A stretch of 36,728 bases of DNA from Nemertoderma westbladi. Its lineage: Eukaryota > Animalia > Xenacoelomorpha. Shown piece by piece: positions 10,801-22,508 of this stretch. Each line of letters opens with the position of its first letter. Position 1 is the stretch's first letter. The notes beneath the pieces are model-generated. The model searched no databases. It saw only the letters and a list, made by a program, of their open reading frames with translations, and was not told the DNA's origin. A program made the translations under genes and the position numbers. The DNA lies in assembly GCA_032718475.1 (NCBI GenBank), contig JAUCBJ010004878.1, positions 1 to 36,728 on the forward strand, written 5' to 3'.

Positions 10801-13800
10801 GGAGTACGACTGGAGTATGTATGGAGTACGAATGGAGTATATATGGAGTACGATTGGAGTATGGTATGTATGGAGTACGACTGGAGTATGTATGGAGTAC
10901 GTCTGGAGTATGTATGGAGTACGACTGGAGTATGGTATGTATGGAGTACGACTGGAGTACGTATGGAGTACGAATGGAGTATGTATGGAGTATTTATGGA
11001 CTACGATTGGAGTATGGTATGTATGGAGTACGACTGGAGTATGTATGGAGTACGTCTGGAGTATGTATGGAGTACGACTGGAGTATGTATGGAGTACGAC
11101 TGGAGTATGTATCAGGTACGGCTGGAGTATGTATGGAGTGGAGTATGTATGGAGTACGACTGGAGTATGTATGGAGTACGACTGAGTATGTATGGAGTAC
11201 GACTGGAGTACGTATGGAGTACGACTGAGTATGTATGGAGTACGACTGGAGTATGTATGGAGTACTACTTGAGTATGTATGGAGTACTACTTGAGTATGT
11301 ATGGAGTACGACTGGAGTATGTATGGAGTACGACTGGAGTATGTATGGAGTACGACTGGAGTATGTATGGAGTACGACTGGAGTATGGTTTGTATGGAAT
11401 ACGACTGGAGTATGTATGGAGTACGACTGGAGTATGTATGGAGTACGACTGGAGTACGTATGGAGTACGACTGGAGTATGTATGGAGTACGACTGGAGTA
11501 TGGTATGTATGGAGTACGACTGGAGTATGGTATGTATGGAGTACAACTGGAGCATGTATGGAGTACGACTGGAGTATGTATGGAGTACGACTGGAGTATG
11601 TATGGAGTACGACTGGAGTATGGTATGTATGGAGTACGACTGGAGTATGGTATGTATGGAGTACGACTGGAGTATGTATGGAGTACGTCTGGAGTATGTA
11701 TGGAGTACGACTGGAGTATGGTATGTATGGAGTACGACTGGAGTAAGTATGGAGTACGTCTGGAGTATGTATGGAGTACGACTGGAGTATGTATGGAGTA
11801 CGTCTGGAGTATGGTATGTATGGAGTACGACTGGAGTATGGTATGTATGGAGTACGACTGGAGTATGTATGGAGTACGACTGGAGTATGTATGGAGTACG
11901 ACTGGAGTATGTATGGAGTACGTCTGGAGTATGTATGGAGTATGTATGGAGTACGTCTGGAGTATGTAGGGAGTACGTCTGGAGTATGTATGGAGTACGA
12001 CTGGAGTATGGTATGTATGGAGTACGACTGGAGTATGTATGGAGTACGACTGGAGTATGTATGGAGTACGACTGGAGTACGTATGGAGTACGACTGGAGT
12101 ATGGTATGTATGGAGTACGACTGGAGTATGTATGGAGTACGACTGGAGTATGTATGGAGTACGACTGGAGTATGTATGGAGTACGACTGGAGTATGTATG
12201 GAGTACGACTGGAGTATGTATGGAGTACGACTGGAGTATGTATGGAGTACGACTGTAGTATGTATGGAGTACGACTGGAGTATGAATGGAGTACGACTGG
12301 AGTATGTATGGAGTACGACTGGAGTATGTATGGAGTACGACTGGAGTATGTATGAAGTACAACTGGAGTAGTGTGTATGGAGTAAGACTGGAGTACGTAT
12401 GGAGTACGACTGGAGTATGACTTGAGTATGTATGGAGTACGACTTGAGTATGTATGAAGTACGACTGGAGTATGTATGGAGTACGACTGTAGTATGACTT
12501 GAGTACGACTGGAGTATGTATGGATGGAGTACGACTGGAGTATGTATGGAGTACGACTGGAGTATGTATGGAGTACTACTTGAGTATGTATTGAGTACGA
12601 CTGGAGTATGTATGGAGTACGACTGGAGTATGTATGGAGTACGACTGGAGTATGTATGGAGTACGACTGGAGTATGTATGGAGTACCGACTAGAGTATGT
12701 ATGGAGTACGACTGGAGTATGTATGGAGTACGACTGGAGTATGTATGGAGTACGAATGGAGTATATATGGAGTACGACTGGAGTATGGTATGTATGGAGT
12801 ACGACTGGAGTATGTATGGAGTACGACTGGAGTATGTATGGAGTACGACTGGAGTATGGTATGTATGGAGTACGACTGGAGTATGTATGGAGTACGACTG
12901 GAGTATGTATGGAGTACGACTGGAGTATGTATGGAGTACCGACTATAGTATGTATGGAGTACGACTGGAGTATGTATGGAGTACGACTGGAGTATGTATG
13001 GAGTACGACTGGAGTATGTATGGAGTACGACTGGAGTATGTATGGAGTACGACTGGAGTATGTATGGAGTACGACTGCAGTATGTATGGAGTACGACTGG
13101 AGTATGTATGGAATACGACTGGAGTATGTATGGAGTACGACTGGAGTATGTATGGAGTACGACTGGAGTATGTATGGAGTACGAATGGAGTATGTATGGA
13201 GTACGAATGGAGTATGTATGGAGTACGAATGGAGTATATATGGAGTACGAATGGAGTATATATGGAGTACGACTGGAGTATGGTATGTATGGAGTACGAC
13301 TGGAGTACGACTGGAGTATGTATGGAGTACGACTGGAGTATGGTATGTATGGAGTACGACTGGAGTATGTATGGAGTACGACTGGAGTATGTATGGAGTA
13401 CGACTGGAGTATGTATGGAGTACCGACTATAGTATGTATGGAGTACGACTGGAGTATGTATGGAGTACGACTGGAGTATGTATGGAGTACGACTGGAGTA
13501 TGTATGGAGTACGACTGGAGTATGTATGGAGTACGACTGCAGTATGTATGGAGTACGACTGGAGTATGTATGGAGTACGACTGGAGTATGTATGGAGTAC
13601 GACTGCAGTATGTATGGAGTACGACTGGAGTATGTATGGAGTACGACTGGAGTATGTATGAAGTACGACTGGAGTATGTATGGAGTACGACTGGAGTATG
13701 TATGGAGTACGAATGGAGTATGTATGGAGTACGACTGGAGTATGTATGGAGTACTACTTGAGTATGTATGGAGTACGACTGGAGTATGTATGGAGTACGA

Positions 13801-16725
13801 CTGGAGTATGTATGGAGTACGAATGGAGTATATATGGAGTACGATTGGAGTATATGTATGGAATACGACTGGAGTATGTATTGAATGCGACTGGAGTATG
13901 TATGGAGTACTACTTGAGTATGTATTGAGTACGACTGGAGTATGTATGGAGTACGACTGGAGTATGTATGGAGTACGACTGGAGTATGTATGGAGTACGA
14001 ATGGAGTATATATGGAGTACGATTGGAGTATGGTATGTATGGAGTACGACTGGAGTATGTATGGAGTACGTCTGGAGTATGTATGGAGTACGACTGGAGT
14101 ATGGTATGTATGGAGTACGACTGGAGTACGTATGGAGTACGAATGGAGTATGTATGGAGTATTTATGGACTACGATTGGAGTATGGTATGTATGGAGTAC
14201 GACTGGAGTATGTATGGAGTACGTCTGGAGTATGTATGGAGTACGACTGGAGTATGTATGGAGTACGACTTGAGTATGTATCAGGTACGGCTGGAGTATG
14301 TATGGAGTGGAGTATGTATGGAGTACGACTGGAGTATGTATGGAGTACGACTGAGTATGTATGGAGTACGACTGGAGTACGTATGGAGTACGACTGAGTA
14401 TGTATGGAGTACGACTGGAGTATGTATGGAGTACTACTTGAGTATGTATGGAGTACTACTTGAGTATGTATGGAGTACGACTGGAGTATGTATGGAGTAC
14501 GACTGGAGTATGTATGGAGTACGACTGGAGTATGTATGGAGTACGACTGGAGTATGGTTTGTATGGAATACGACTGGAGTATGTATGGAGTACGACTGGA
14601 GTATGTATGGAGTACGACTGGAGTACGTATGGAGTACGACTGGAGTATGTATGGAGTACGACTGGAGTATGGTATGTATGGAGTACGACTGGAGTATGGT
14701 ATGTATGGAGTACAACTGGAGCATGTATGGAGTACGACTGGAGTATGTATGGAGTACGACTGGAGTATGTATGGAGTACGACTGGAGTATGGTATGTATG
14801 GAGTACGACTGGAGTATGGTATGTATGGAGTACGACTGGAGTATGTATGGAGTACGTCTGGAGTATGTATGGAGTACGACTGGAGTATGGTATGTATGGA
14901 GTACGACTGGAGTAAGTATGGAGTACGTCTGGAGTATGTATGGAGTACGACTGGAGTATGTATGGAGTACGTCTGGAGTATGGTATGTATGGAGTACGAC
15001 TGGAGTATGGTATGTATGGAGTACGACTGGAGTATGTATGGAGTACGACTGGAGTATGTATGGAGTACGACTGGAGTATGTATGGAGTACGTCTGGAGTA
15101 TGTATGGAGTATGTATGGAGTACGTCTGGAGTATGTAGGGAGTACGTCTGGAGTATGTATGGAGTACGACTGGAGTATGGTATGTATGGAGTACGACTGG
15201 AGTATGTATGGAGTACGACTGGAGTATGTATGGAGTACGACTGGAGTACGTATGGAGTACGACTGGAGTATGGTATGTATGGAGTACGACTGGAGTATGT
15301 ATGGAGTACGACTGGAGTATGTATGGAGTACGACTGGAGTATGTATGGAGTACGACTGGAGTATGTATGGAGTACGACTGGAGTATGTATGGAGTACGAC
15401 TGGAGTATGTATGGAGTACGACTGTAGTATGTATGGAGTACGACTGGAGTATGAATGGAGTACGACTGGAGTATGTATGGAGTACGACTGGAGTATGTAT
15501 GGAGTACGACTGGAGTATGTATGAAGTACAACTGGAGTAGTGTGTATGGAGTAAGACTGGAGTACGTATGGAGTACGACTGGAGTATGACTTGAGTATGT
15601 ATGGAGTACGACTTGAGTATGTATGAAGTACGACTGGAGTATGTATGGAGTACGACTGTAGTATGACTTGAGTACGACTGGAGTATGTATGGATGGAGTA
15701 CGACTGGAGTATGTATGGAGTACGACTGGAGTATGTATGGAGTACTACTTGAGTATGTATGGAGTACGACTGGAGTATGTATGGAGTACGACTGGAGTAT
15801 GTATGGAGTACGACTGGAGTATGTATGGAGTACGACTGGAGTATGTATGGAGTACGACTGGAGTATGTATGGAGTACGACTGGAGTATGTATGGAGTACG
15901 ACTGGAGTATGTATGGAGTACGACTGGAGTATGTATGGAGTACGACTGGAGTATGTATGGAGTACTACTTGAGTATGTATGGAGTACGACTGGAGTATGT
16001 ATGGAGTACGACTGGAGTATGTATGGAGTACGACTGGAGTATGTATGGAGTACTACTTGAGTATGTATGGAGTACGACTGGAGTATGTATGGAGTACGAC
16101 TGGAGTATGTATGGAGTACGACTGGAGTATGTATTGAATGCGACTGGAGTATGTATGGAGTGCGACTGGAGTATATGTATGGAATACGACTGGAGTATGT
16201 ATGGAGTAAGACTGGAGTACGTATGGAGTACGACTGTAGTATGTATTGAATGCGACTGGAGTATGTATGGAGTGCGACTGGAGTATATGTATGGAATACG
16301 ACTGGAGTATGTATGGAGTACGACTGGAGTATGTATGGAGTACGACTGGAGTATGTATGGAGTACGACTGGAGTATGTATGGAGTACGACTGGAGTATGT
16401 ATGGAGTACGACTGTAGTATGTATTGAATGCGACTGGAGTATGTATGGAGTGCGACTGGAGTATATGTATGGAATACGACTGGAGTATGTATGGAGTACG
16501 ACTGGAGTATGTATGGAGTACTACTTGAGTATGTATTGAGTACGACTGGAGTACGTATGGAGTACGACTGGAGTATGTATGGAGTACGACTGGAGTATGT
16601 ATGGAGTACGACTGGAGTATGTATGGAGTACTACTTGAGTATGTATTGAGTACGACTGGAGTATGTATGGAATACGACTGGAGTATGTATGGAGTACGAT
16701 TGGAGTATGTATGGAGTACGACTGG
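7891..16725. repeat. Satellite array, ~400 copies of the 22-bp monomer TGGAGTATGTATGGAGTACGAC (dimer of two related 11-mers), with higher-order duplications
   Basis: Directly visible; 8835 bp / 22. Recurrent variants include a +TGGTA insertion, ACGAAT, ACTACTT, ACGTCT and CCGACTA. Confidence 0.99.
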
Positions 16726-16750
16726 GTGACTGGACGACTTACGGGTGACT

Positions 16751-17283
16751 GACACACTTGCACCATTCTTGTTCATAATAGTGGTTGATTATGTTCTACG
16801 CATGTCATTAGATCATCTTAATAAAGATGGTATGATGGTAAGACAACACTCTGGCTTAATAAGTAGAAGAAATCCACCCAAGTACCATACTGATCTAGTC
16901 TTTAACGATGATTTATAGGAGTGATATCAGAAGAACTTGAAGAGCACAAATGCTCCTCTGTTCATTGGAGCAGGCTGCTTTTAGTGTTGATCAAGAAAAT
17001 CACAATTTTGACAGCCTTAAGGAAATGTTTGATAGTTGTATGAGCATATATGGATGGGATGGCTTGCCTGAGCATGTGGATGACTTCTGTTACCTGGGAT
17101 CGGATCATGGATCCGGATACGTAAAGGGAAGGCATGGGCAGCATTGAATAATCTAGCCAGGATTTGGAAGTTCTATAGAATAAAACGAAAACGGAACCTC
17201 AAGGTTCGGATATTTAGGGAAGCAGTATAAAGTATAACCAATATTCCTATATGGTAGAATGCTACGCCGGGTTCACTGTAATA
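16751..17283 (+). mobile_element. Decayed, 5'-truncated RTE-like non-LTR retrotransposon (RT fragment)
   Basis: Translates DTLAPFLFIIVVDYVLRMSLD...TDLVFNDD and EHVDDFCYLGS. Shares nucleotide blocks with 34248-34306 and 36401-36423 (gaatgctacgccgggttca). Confidence 0.85.
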
Positions 17284-17489
17284 TGAAACCACTCATTCAC
17301 CCAAAACACCATTAATAAATTTGCAAATGTCATGGGTGACAGCATTTGTAATATAATATATATATATTATAGACAAAGTGTATAATTTCAATTAGAAAGG
17401 CCCTTAACAACAACTTAATAATGTAAATTGGAATAGGTAAATAATTTACGGGTTACCTAATTAATTTTATAATCCAAGAAGTTGATAGT

Positions 17490-18419
17490 TCAAACATGCT
17501 CACACCACACTTCCGAGCTACTGAACGTCCTTCCTTCTGAACTGTCTGCACTGTGGACAGTTCAAGTAACTTTGGATCCGCATGCTGTAGCTTGGACACA
17601 TCCAAGTTAACCACAGCATCAATTCGAACGTCAGTAAGTTTATCTGGCCACAGGCCGACATCACATTCAACAAGCAGGACTTTAGGTTCCGTCTCTGGCT
17701 GTCTGGATCTTGCTGCACATCTATGTCTCCCTCTTGGACCTCACAGTCCGAGTCCGTACCTGGTAAATAACTGGAGCCAGCATCACACCGTCGTCACTCT
17801 CTTCACTTATTGCTGCCCCTGCCACTAGTCCAAAGAAAGCTGTAAGTGGCTGTGTTCCTGCAATAGCCAGTGTCTCGTCTCATTACGTTTATCATGGCCA
17901 GACATTTGCTTTCGTTTCTTCTTGACGTCTTGGTCTGCTGATCGGTCTGCCATAGCTACAGTTGGCAAAACAGTACTGTATAGTGTATACATGTCAGCAT
18001 GTAGTTTACAGTAGCACTGAAAACGTACTACTGTAAGTTGTAATCACAGACTGGACATCAAACTGAAACTTTATAGCTTATACGTGTAGACCTACTCCTA
18101 CTAGTGAATAACTGAAACATTTATGTACTAAACACCACTGTATTTCTGTATACATGTAGTGTACTGTAGACCTACTACTGTAAGTTGTACTCACAGACTA
18201 AACCTCAAACTGAAACTTTATAGCTTATACTGTACGTTGTAGGCCTACTCCTACTCGTGAATAACTGAAACATTTATGTACTAAAACCACTGTCCTTTCC
18301 TGTAAGTTTTTCTGTTTATTTTTTTTTCATAATTTTTTGAGTGTTGAGAGGTGGAGGCCCCTCAGTGGTGGAGGCCCCTGTGCACGTGCACACTGTGCAC
18401 ATTGGGTAATCCGGCACTG
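17490..18419 (-). mobile_element. 5' end of a hAT (Tip100/ZnF-TTF-type) DNA transposon with a frameshifted transposase N-terminus
   Basis: Minus-strand TIR CAGTGCCGGATT at 18419. From the ATG at 17953: MADRSADQDVKKKRKQMSGHDKR, then frameshifted TQPLTAFF and CDVGLWPDKLTD...LQHADP...RKCGVSMF, motifs typical of ZMYM1-like hAT transposases. Confidence 0.7.
18026..18293. repeat. Two ~120-bp direct repeats (period 147 bp) in the hAT 5' region
   Basis: tactactgtaagttgta.tcacagact...tgaataactgaaacatttatgtactaaa at 18026 and 18173. Confidence 0.85.
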
Positions 18420-18420
18420 G

Positions 18421-18640
18421 TGTGATGGGATCCTTGCGCCGCACGACAACAAGCTGCGTGGGAGAATAGGTTGAGCGCAAACTGGTCGAAGCCGTACAGC
18501 CTTACGATGGGCTGGGCGAGGCAGCGCGTCCAGTTCGCTATCATTCGCGGTAGGTCGCTTTGCCTCCGCCCGAGGATAACAAATCAAGTGGAGGATTGGT
18601 CTCGGGTAGGGAGACGAGGCTGGACTCCTAGGCATATAGG
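18421..18640 (+). mobile_element. 3' remnant of a CRE-like (restriction-like endonuclease) non-LTR retrotransposon
   Basis: CDGILAP...LSANWSKPYSLTMGWARQRVQFAIIRGRSLCLR...KWRIGLG resembles the W..PYS.VMGW.R.RLSFA.LR...C.RG C-terminal signature of that clade (recalled motif). Confidence 0.6.
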
Positions 18641-19334
18641 AGTGCTAATTACCTGTTGTAATACTAATACTGTCTTTTGTGCAAATAACAGTAAATCTGT
18701 CAGTCAGCTCTATCGAAATATTTTTAGTGCAATTATTTTAGATAATTTGATAATTTCGTCGGTCTAACTCTAAATATTATGTGACAATTTTATTGGCCTC
18801 CATAATTATGTGAAAAAATTTAAATTTTTGAAAATTAAAAAGTAATACATTAGTTAATAAATGAAATTATAAATAATCCGGAATCCCTATAATAAAATGT
18901 TGATATATACCTTTTTCATCACTGATACATATCTATCTATGAACTAGAATCGGAACAGCAACATATTATAAGACTACAATATTATGCAGAAATAAACGCT
19001 ATAAAATAAAACACACATTAAACATAATATTAACATATTATTATATTTAAAATTAATATTATAATACTAACACCTATTAAAATAAATACAAATACTTATA
19101 TATACAATTTCATTAAAATTTTGACCGAAAAGTGGAACTTGGTATTCTTCACATTGGCTTGAAGCGGCTCCATCTCATCTAACACACTATAGGCGCCACT
19201 TTTTATACGTAAAACAAGCAGCGTTATTTTACTTGGCTCTCTTGGGATACTTAATGACTTGGTTATTTTGGTGTTTTGTAGGTACTGACTGGGATATTAG
19301 TTGGTCCTTTAGGTTACGTTTTGTTGGTCAGACA

Positions 19335-19480
19335 CAAACCTTAAGTAAAGCAGTAATTTAACCCTAACCCTAAGTCATGAGGCTCTAAACTAAAATATTA
19401 CTTGGAATTTTGCACTTATTGATTGCTATGGAGCATAACTTAGGGTTAGGGTTCTATTACTGCTTTAATTAGGGTTCGGG
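19335..19480. repeat. Hairpin with opposed short telomere-like tracts (ccctaaccctaa / ttagggttaggg), inside a ggcgccact-bounded repeat
   Basis: taaagcagtaatttaaccctaaccctaagt pairs with acttagggttagggttctattactgcttta; ggcgccact at 19192 and 19480. Confidence 0.55.
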
Positions 19481-20125
19481 GCGCCACTCTTGTAACCTGC
19501 GAGGCCCACGAGAGCCGTGATTTAAGTGGCGCGATATCACCCGTGAAGATAATCAACAAGTTCGATATATATACATATATAGATATGCTCTATTAATATT
19601 GAATAGCTATGCAGCTCGTAGCTATTTGTCGTCATTTTTTTATCAAAAATACTAATATATATATAAAGCGTACAAGTAAAACAACTTGGAAGAATGTTCT
19701 TTCCATATTATAAAAAAGTTTAAAAAGGTTTCAAAGCAACAAACGAAAGTTGGTTATTAACTAATAACATTATCAGTCCAGCGGCCAGCCTATATAAGCA
19801 CAATACAAATATGCAATATTATAAAAAGACAAAATACTAAAAAAACAGAGAAATCAAAACTAGGCTAGAAATAAATTCAAATTACCCACCAGTGTACCAT
19901 GACTTGGGACATAAAGAGACCATTTTGTCCATAACTCCAATAATAAGCCTTAGATAACCCTCTGGGACTACTTTAACTAAAACATATTCCAGGCTGCCAG
20001 GACACTGTTTATAATTTTATATGTGTAAAAGGAAGGTAAGTCCCACGAGCGGGAATAAACATTCTCACACCAAAGGTGGACAATAGACATGTCAAAATGC
20101 AATGTAAAGTAATTATTTGTCGTAC

Positions 20126-20244
20126 CTTGGGTTTATTAGAACAATCTAAAGTGAATTCAACAATATAGACCGTTTCTGTCGATAACAAAGTCTCAGGAGT
20201 AGTGTAGATATCTGAAGTTACTTTGGGTGAAACGCATTGCTCGC
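20126..20244 (-). CDS. SSR4: SSR4 coding exon 2: (G)EQCVSPKVTSDIYTTPETLLSTETVYIVEFTLDCSNKPK
   Basis: Acceptor ctttatag, donor AAG|gtacga, 119 bp, phase 1/0. Strong match to SSR4 [36 protein letters not shown], including both Cys. Confidence 0.92.
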
Positions 20245-20670
20245 CTATAAAGTTAATATATAAACCATATTAATTTAATCAGAAATTAAATCAAAATTGA
20301 AAATATTAGGCCTACTTATCTCGCTTGGATGGACTAGGCCTACTATTCGTTTTCCATTGTCAATTGTATTTTAAAATAACTCTAATAATTCTGTAATTGT
20401 TTCGAGTTGGTTCTTCCACTGGCACTGACAAACTGATTTCGCAAAGAATAGCAGTACTGCAGTACCGGTAGGCCTACAGTATAATCCTGTAATAATAATG
20501 TCATAATGCCAGCGCAGCTCTAGCAGTCCAGACAGCGGCGCCACCGCCACATACACATACAGACATAAAATATAGAAGAATACCAGATCTGTGTGTCAGT
20601 GTGTAGTGTAGAGCCAAAGCACGGTAATGAATTTAATACATAATCTATATCGATATACATAATCTTGAAT

Positions 20671-20742
20671 TACGTGTTAACTTTCGTTTATTGTTTTTTT
20701 CCCCTAACTCGCCTCTGTAACCTGTTCCTTTACTAACCTGCC
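20671..20742 (+). repeat. Dispersed ~75-bp module, copy 1 (in SSR4 intron 1)
   Basis: gtgttaactttcgtttattgtttt...cgcctctgtaacctgttccttt; related copies at 22435 (+), 26725-26807 (-) and the 24590-25107 array (-). Confidence 0.85.
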
Positions 20743-20963
20743 TACAGCCACATGTCAATTATCAAATTATAATGTAAAATGCAGTGCAGGGGGTATCATT
20801 ATATATAATGCAGTGGTGCCCCAAAGCACAACGCGAGCTCCAAATAAACATATATTTTGGTACCTGAACGCTACCTACTGACCTAGGGTAAGACTGTACA
20901 GCTGTAAGACCTGAAGACTGTACAGCTGTATGTAGATAAAGATAACAGGATAACTAAACTAAC

Positions 20964-21036
20964 CGTGTGTTTGATGCGATACCAAAACTATCAGTAAGAA
21001 TGAAAGTTGAATAATAGAAATAATAGGTCCACCCAT
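20964..21036 (-). CDS. SSR4: SSR4 first coding exon (signal peptide): MGGPIISIIQLSFLLIVLVSHQTH(G)
   Basis: ATG at 21036, hydrophobic core, donor G|gttagt in phase 1 matching exon 2. Gives a T-H-G|EQC cleavage site. Confidence 0.8.
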
Positions 21037-21546
21037 TATTCTGTTATTAATCAGTGTTATTTTTAGAACTGGTCACTCGAAGTCAAAGGCGCACTATGGT
21101 TGAGAAACAGGAAATCGGATCACAGGAAACAGGAACACAGTTATCTGGCTATCCCAGTATCCAGCTGTCCAGGGCTAGGCTATGCTATACTGCTGTACTG
21201 GCAGACTGGATAGTGGAGGCGGAGGGTGACAGACCGAACGTAATCCAGTACTGCAGTAATCAGGATCGAATGTAACATAGTTTTTACGAATCGAACGTAA
21301 CCTCAATTATGCTACATTGGATCCTATAACTATGTTACATTCCATCTACAAATTACTAAGCTCGAATGTAACATACATTTATTTCAGTTGTGTTTTGATT
21401 CCAGGAGTTAACCGATGAAATGCTTCGTTTATTTGCAGGAAGAAACAGTTTGGTATTCTGGTGTTGGCTGGTTGGTGAGTACAAAACAAAGACACAAGAC
21501 AGCAAGACCCAATTAAGTAACGTGCATATTCTTGTAACAGTGTAAC

Positions 21547-22430
21547 CCAGGTTGGAATTCATGCTGCAAAACTCGGACGCGTACCTGCGCGAATGACCGC
21601 AAACAAGATGCGCGTTGCGCGTTTGGGTGAGACAGGTGCGCGTTCGGGTGAGACAGGTGCGCGTTGCGCCTCAGCGCGCAGCTCTGCCTCTGATGCGCAC
21701 CACAAATTAATTGAAATCACGAAAATACACAAAAAAATTTCGCTCGCTTCGCTCGCATTAGTTTCTCATTTACAATTCTTCAAACAGTCAAATCACTTCA
21801 CCATAATACTGTAATACCGGCAACCGGAGCTGAATTTGTCTATTTATTTTAACTACAGTACTCTATTATTGTATTGTTATTAGGTCTATGCTATGCCGAT
21901 GTTACGTTAGTAAACAGGTAAAGTTAGAAAGTAACAATGTATTATAAGTATGACTTAATTATAAAGCCAACTGTATGTTTAAGCCTAATTGTTAGGTAGG
22001 CCTATACAAAGTAATTACTGGCAGACTGGTACCTATTTCAATATTCGTTTTTTTGAAATTACATGTTTTGTTTGTAATCTAAAATAATATTTTATGTTAT
22101 AAAAGCAGTGAGCCCGATGGGCCACCATAGTAGTGGATTATAAAAATATTTTGCAATATTAACAATTTTGATGTTGCAAAAATTACATTTATTATGTAAG
22201 CCTAGACAGACAGACGTAAAGATACAGAGATAAGCTTAAAACGCTCAAACTTGTAAAATAGGAATGTAAAATTGTTCTTATGAACTGTGCGATTTTTTGA
22301 GATATGCATAACATGAGCTGCGCGATTTTGTATGGATTATGATGAGCTGCGCGATGAGCCAATTTCAGGTGCGCGGTGATTTCAAAACAACAAAACGTCC
22401 CTGCGCGCTCATGCATGAATTCCAACCTGG
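21547..22430. mobile_element. Non-autonomous hAT/P-type element with perfect 18-bp TIRs and an 8-bp TSD
   Basis: TIR CCAGGTTGGAATTCATGC / GCATGAATTCCAACCTGG; TSD AGTGTAAC at 21539-21546 and 22431-22438; GCGC-rich subtermini. Confidence 0.92.
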
Positions 22431-22434
22431 AGTG

Positions 22435-22508
22435 TAACATGTGTTAACTTTCGTTTATTGTTTTGGTTCCCCCAACACATGCAACACGCCTCTGTAACCT
22501 GCTCCTTT
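22435..22508 (+). repeat. Dispersed ~75-bp module, copy 2
   Basis: taacatgtgttaactttcgtttattgttttggttccc...cgcctctgtaacctgctccttt. Confidence 0.85.

Noticed and set aside
7891-16725. Telomere or CRISPR interpretation of the satellite
   Set aside because: It has no unique spacers and no cas genes, is flanked by non-satellite sequence on both sides, and is unrelated to the short TTAGGG tracts seen elsewhere in the window.
7895-16776. Dozens of long ORFs (up to 655 aa) repeating MEYDWSMYGVRLEYVWSTTGVC or its antisense
   Set aside because: The 22-bp monomer lacks stop codons, so all frames give the same 22-aa cycle. Indels of 5 and 1 bp shift frames freely, showing no coding constraint.
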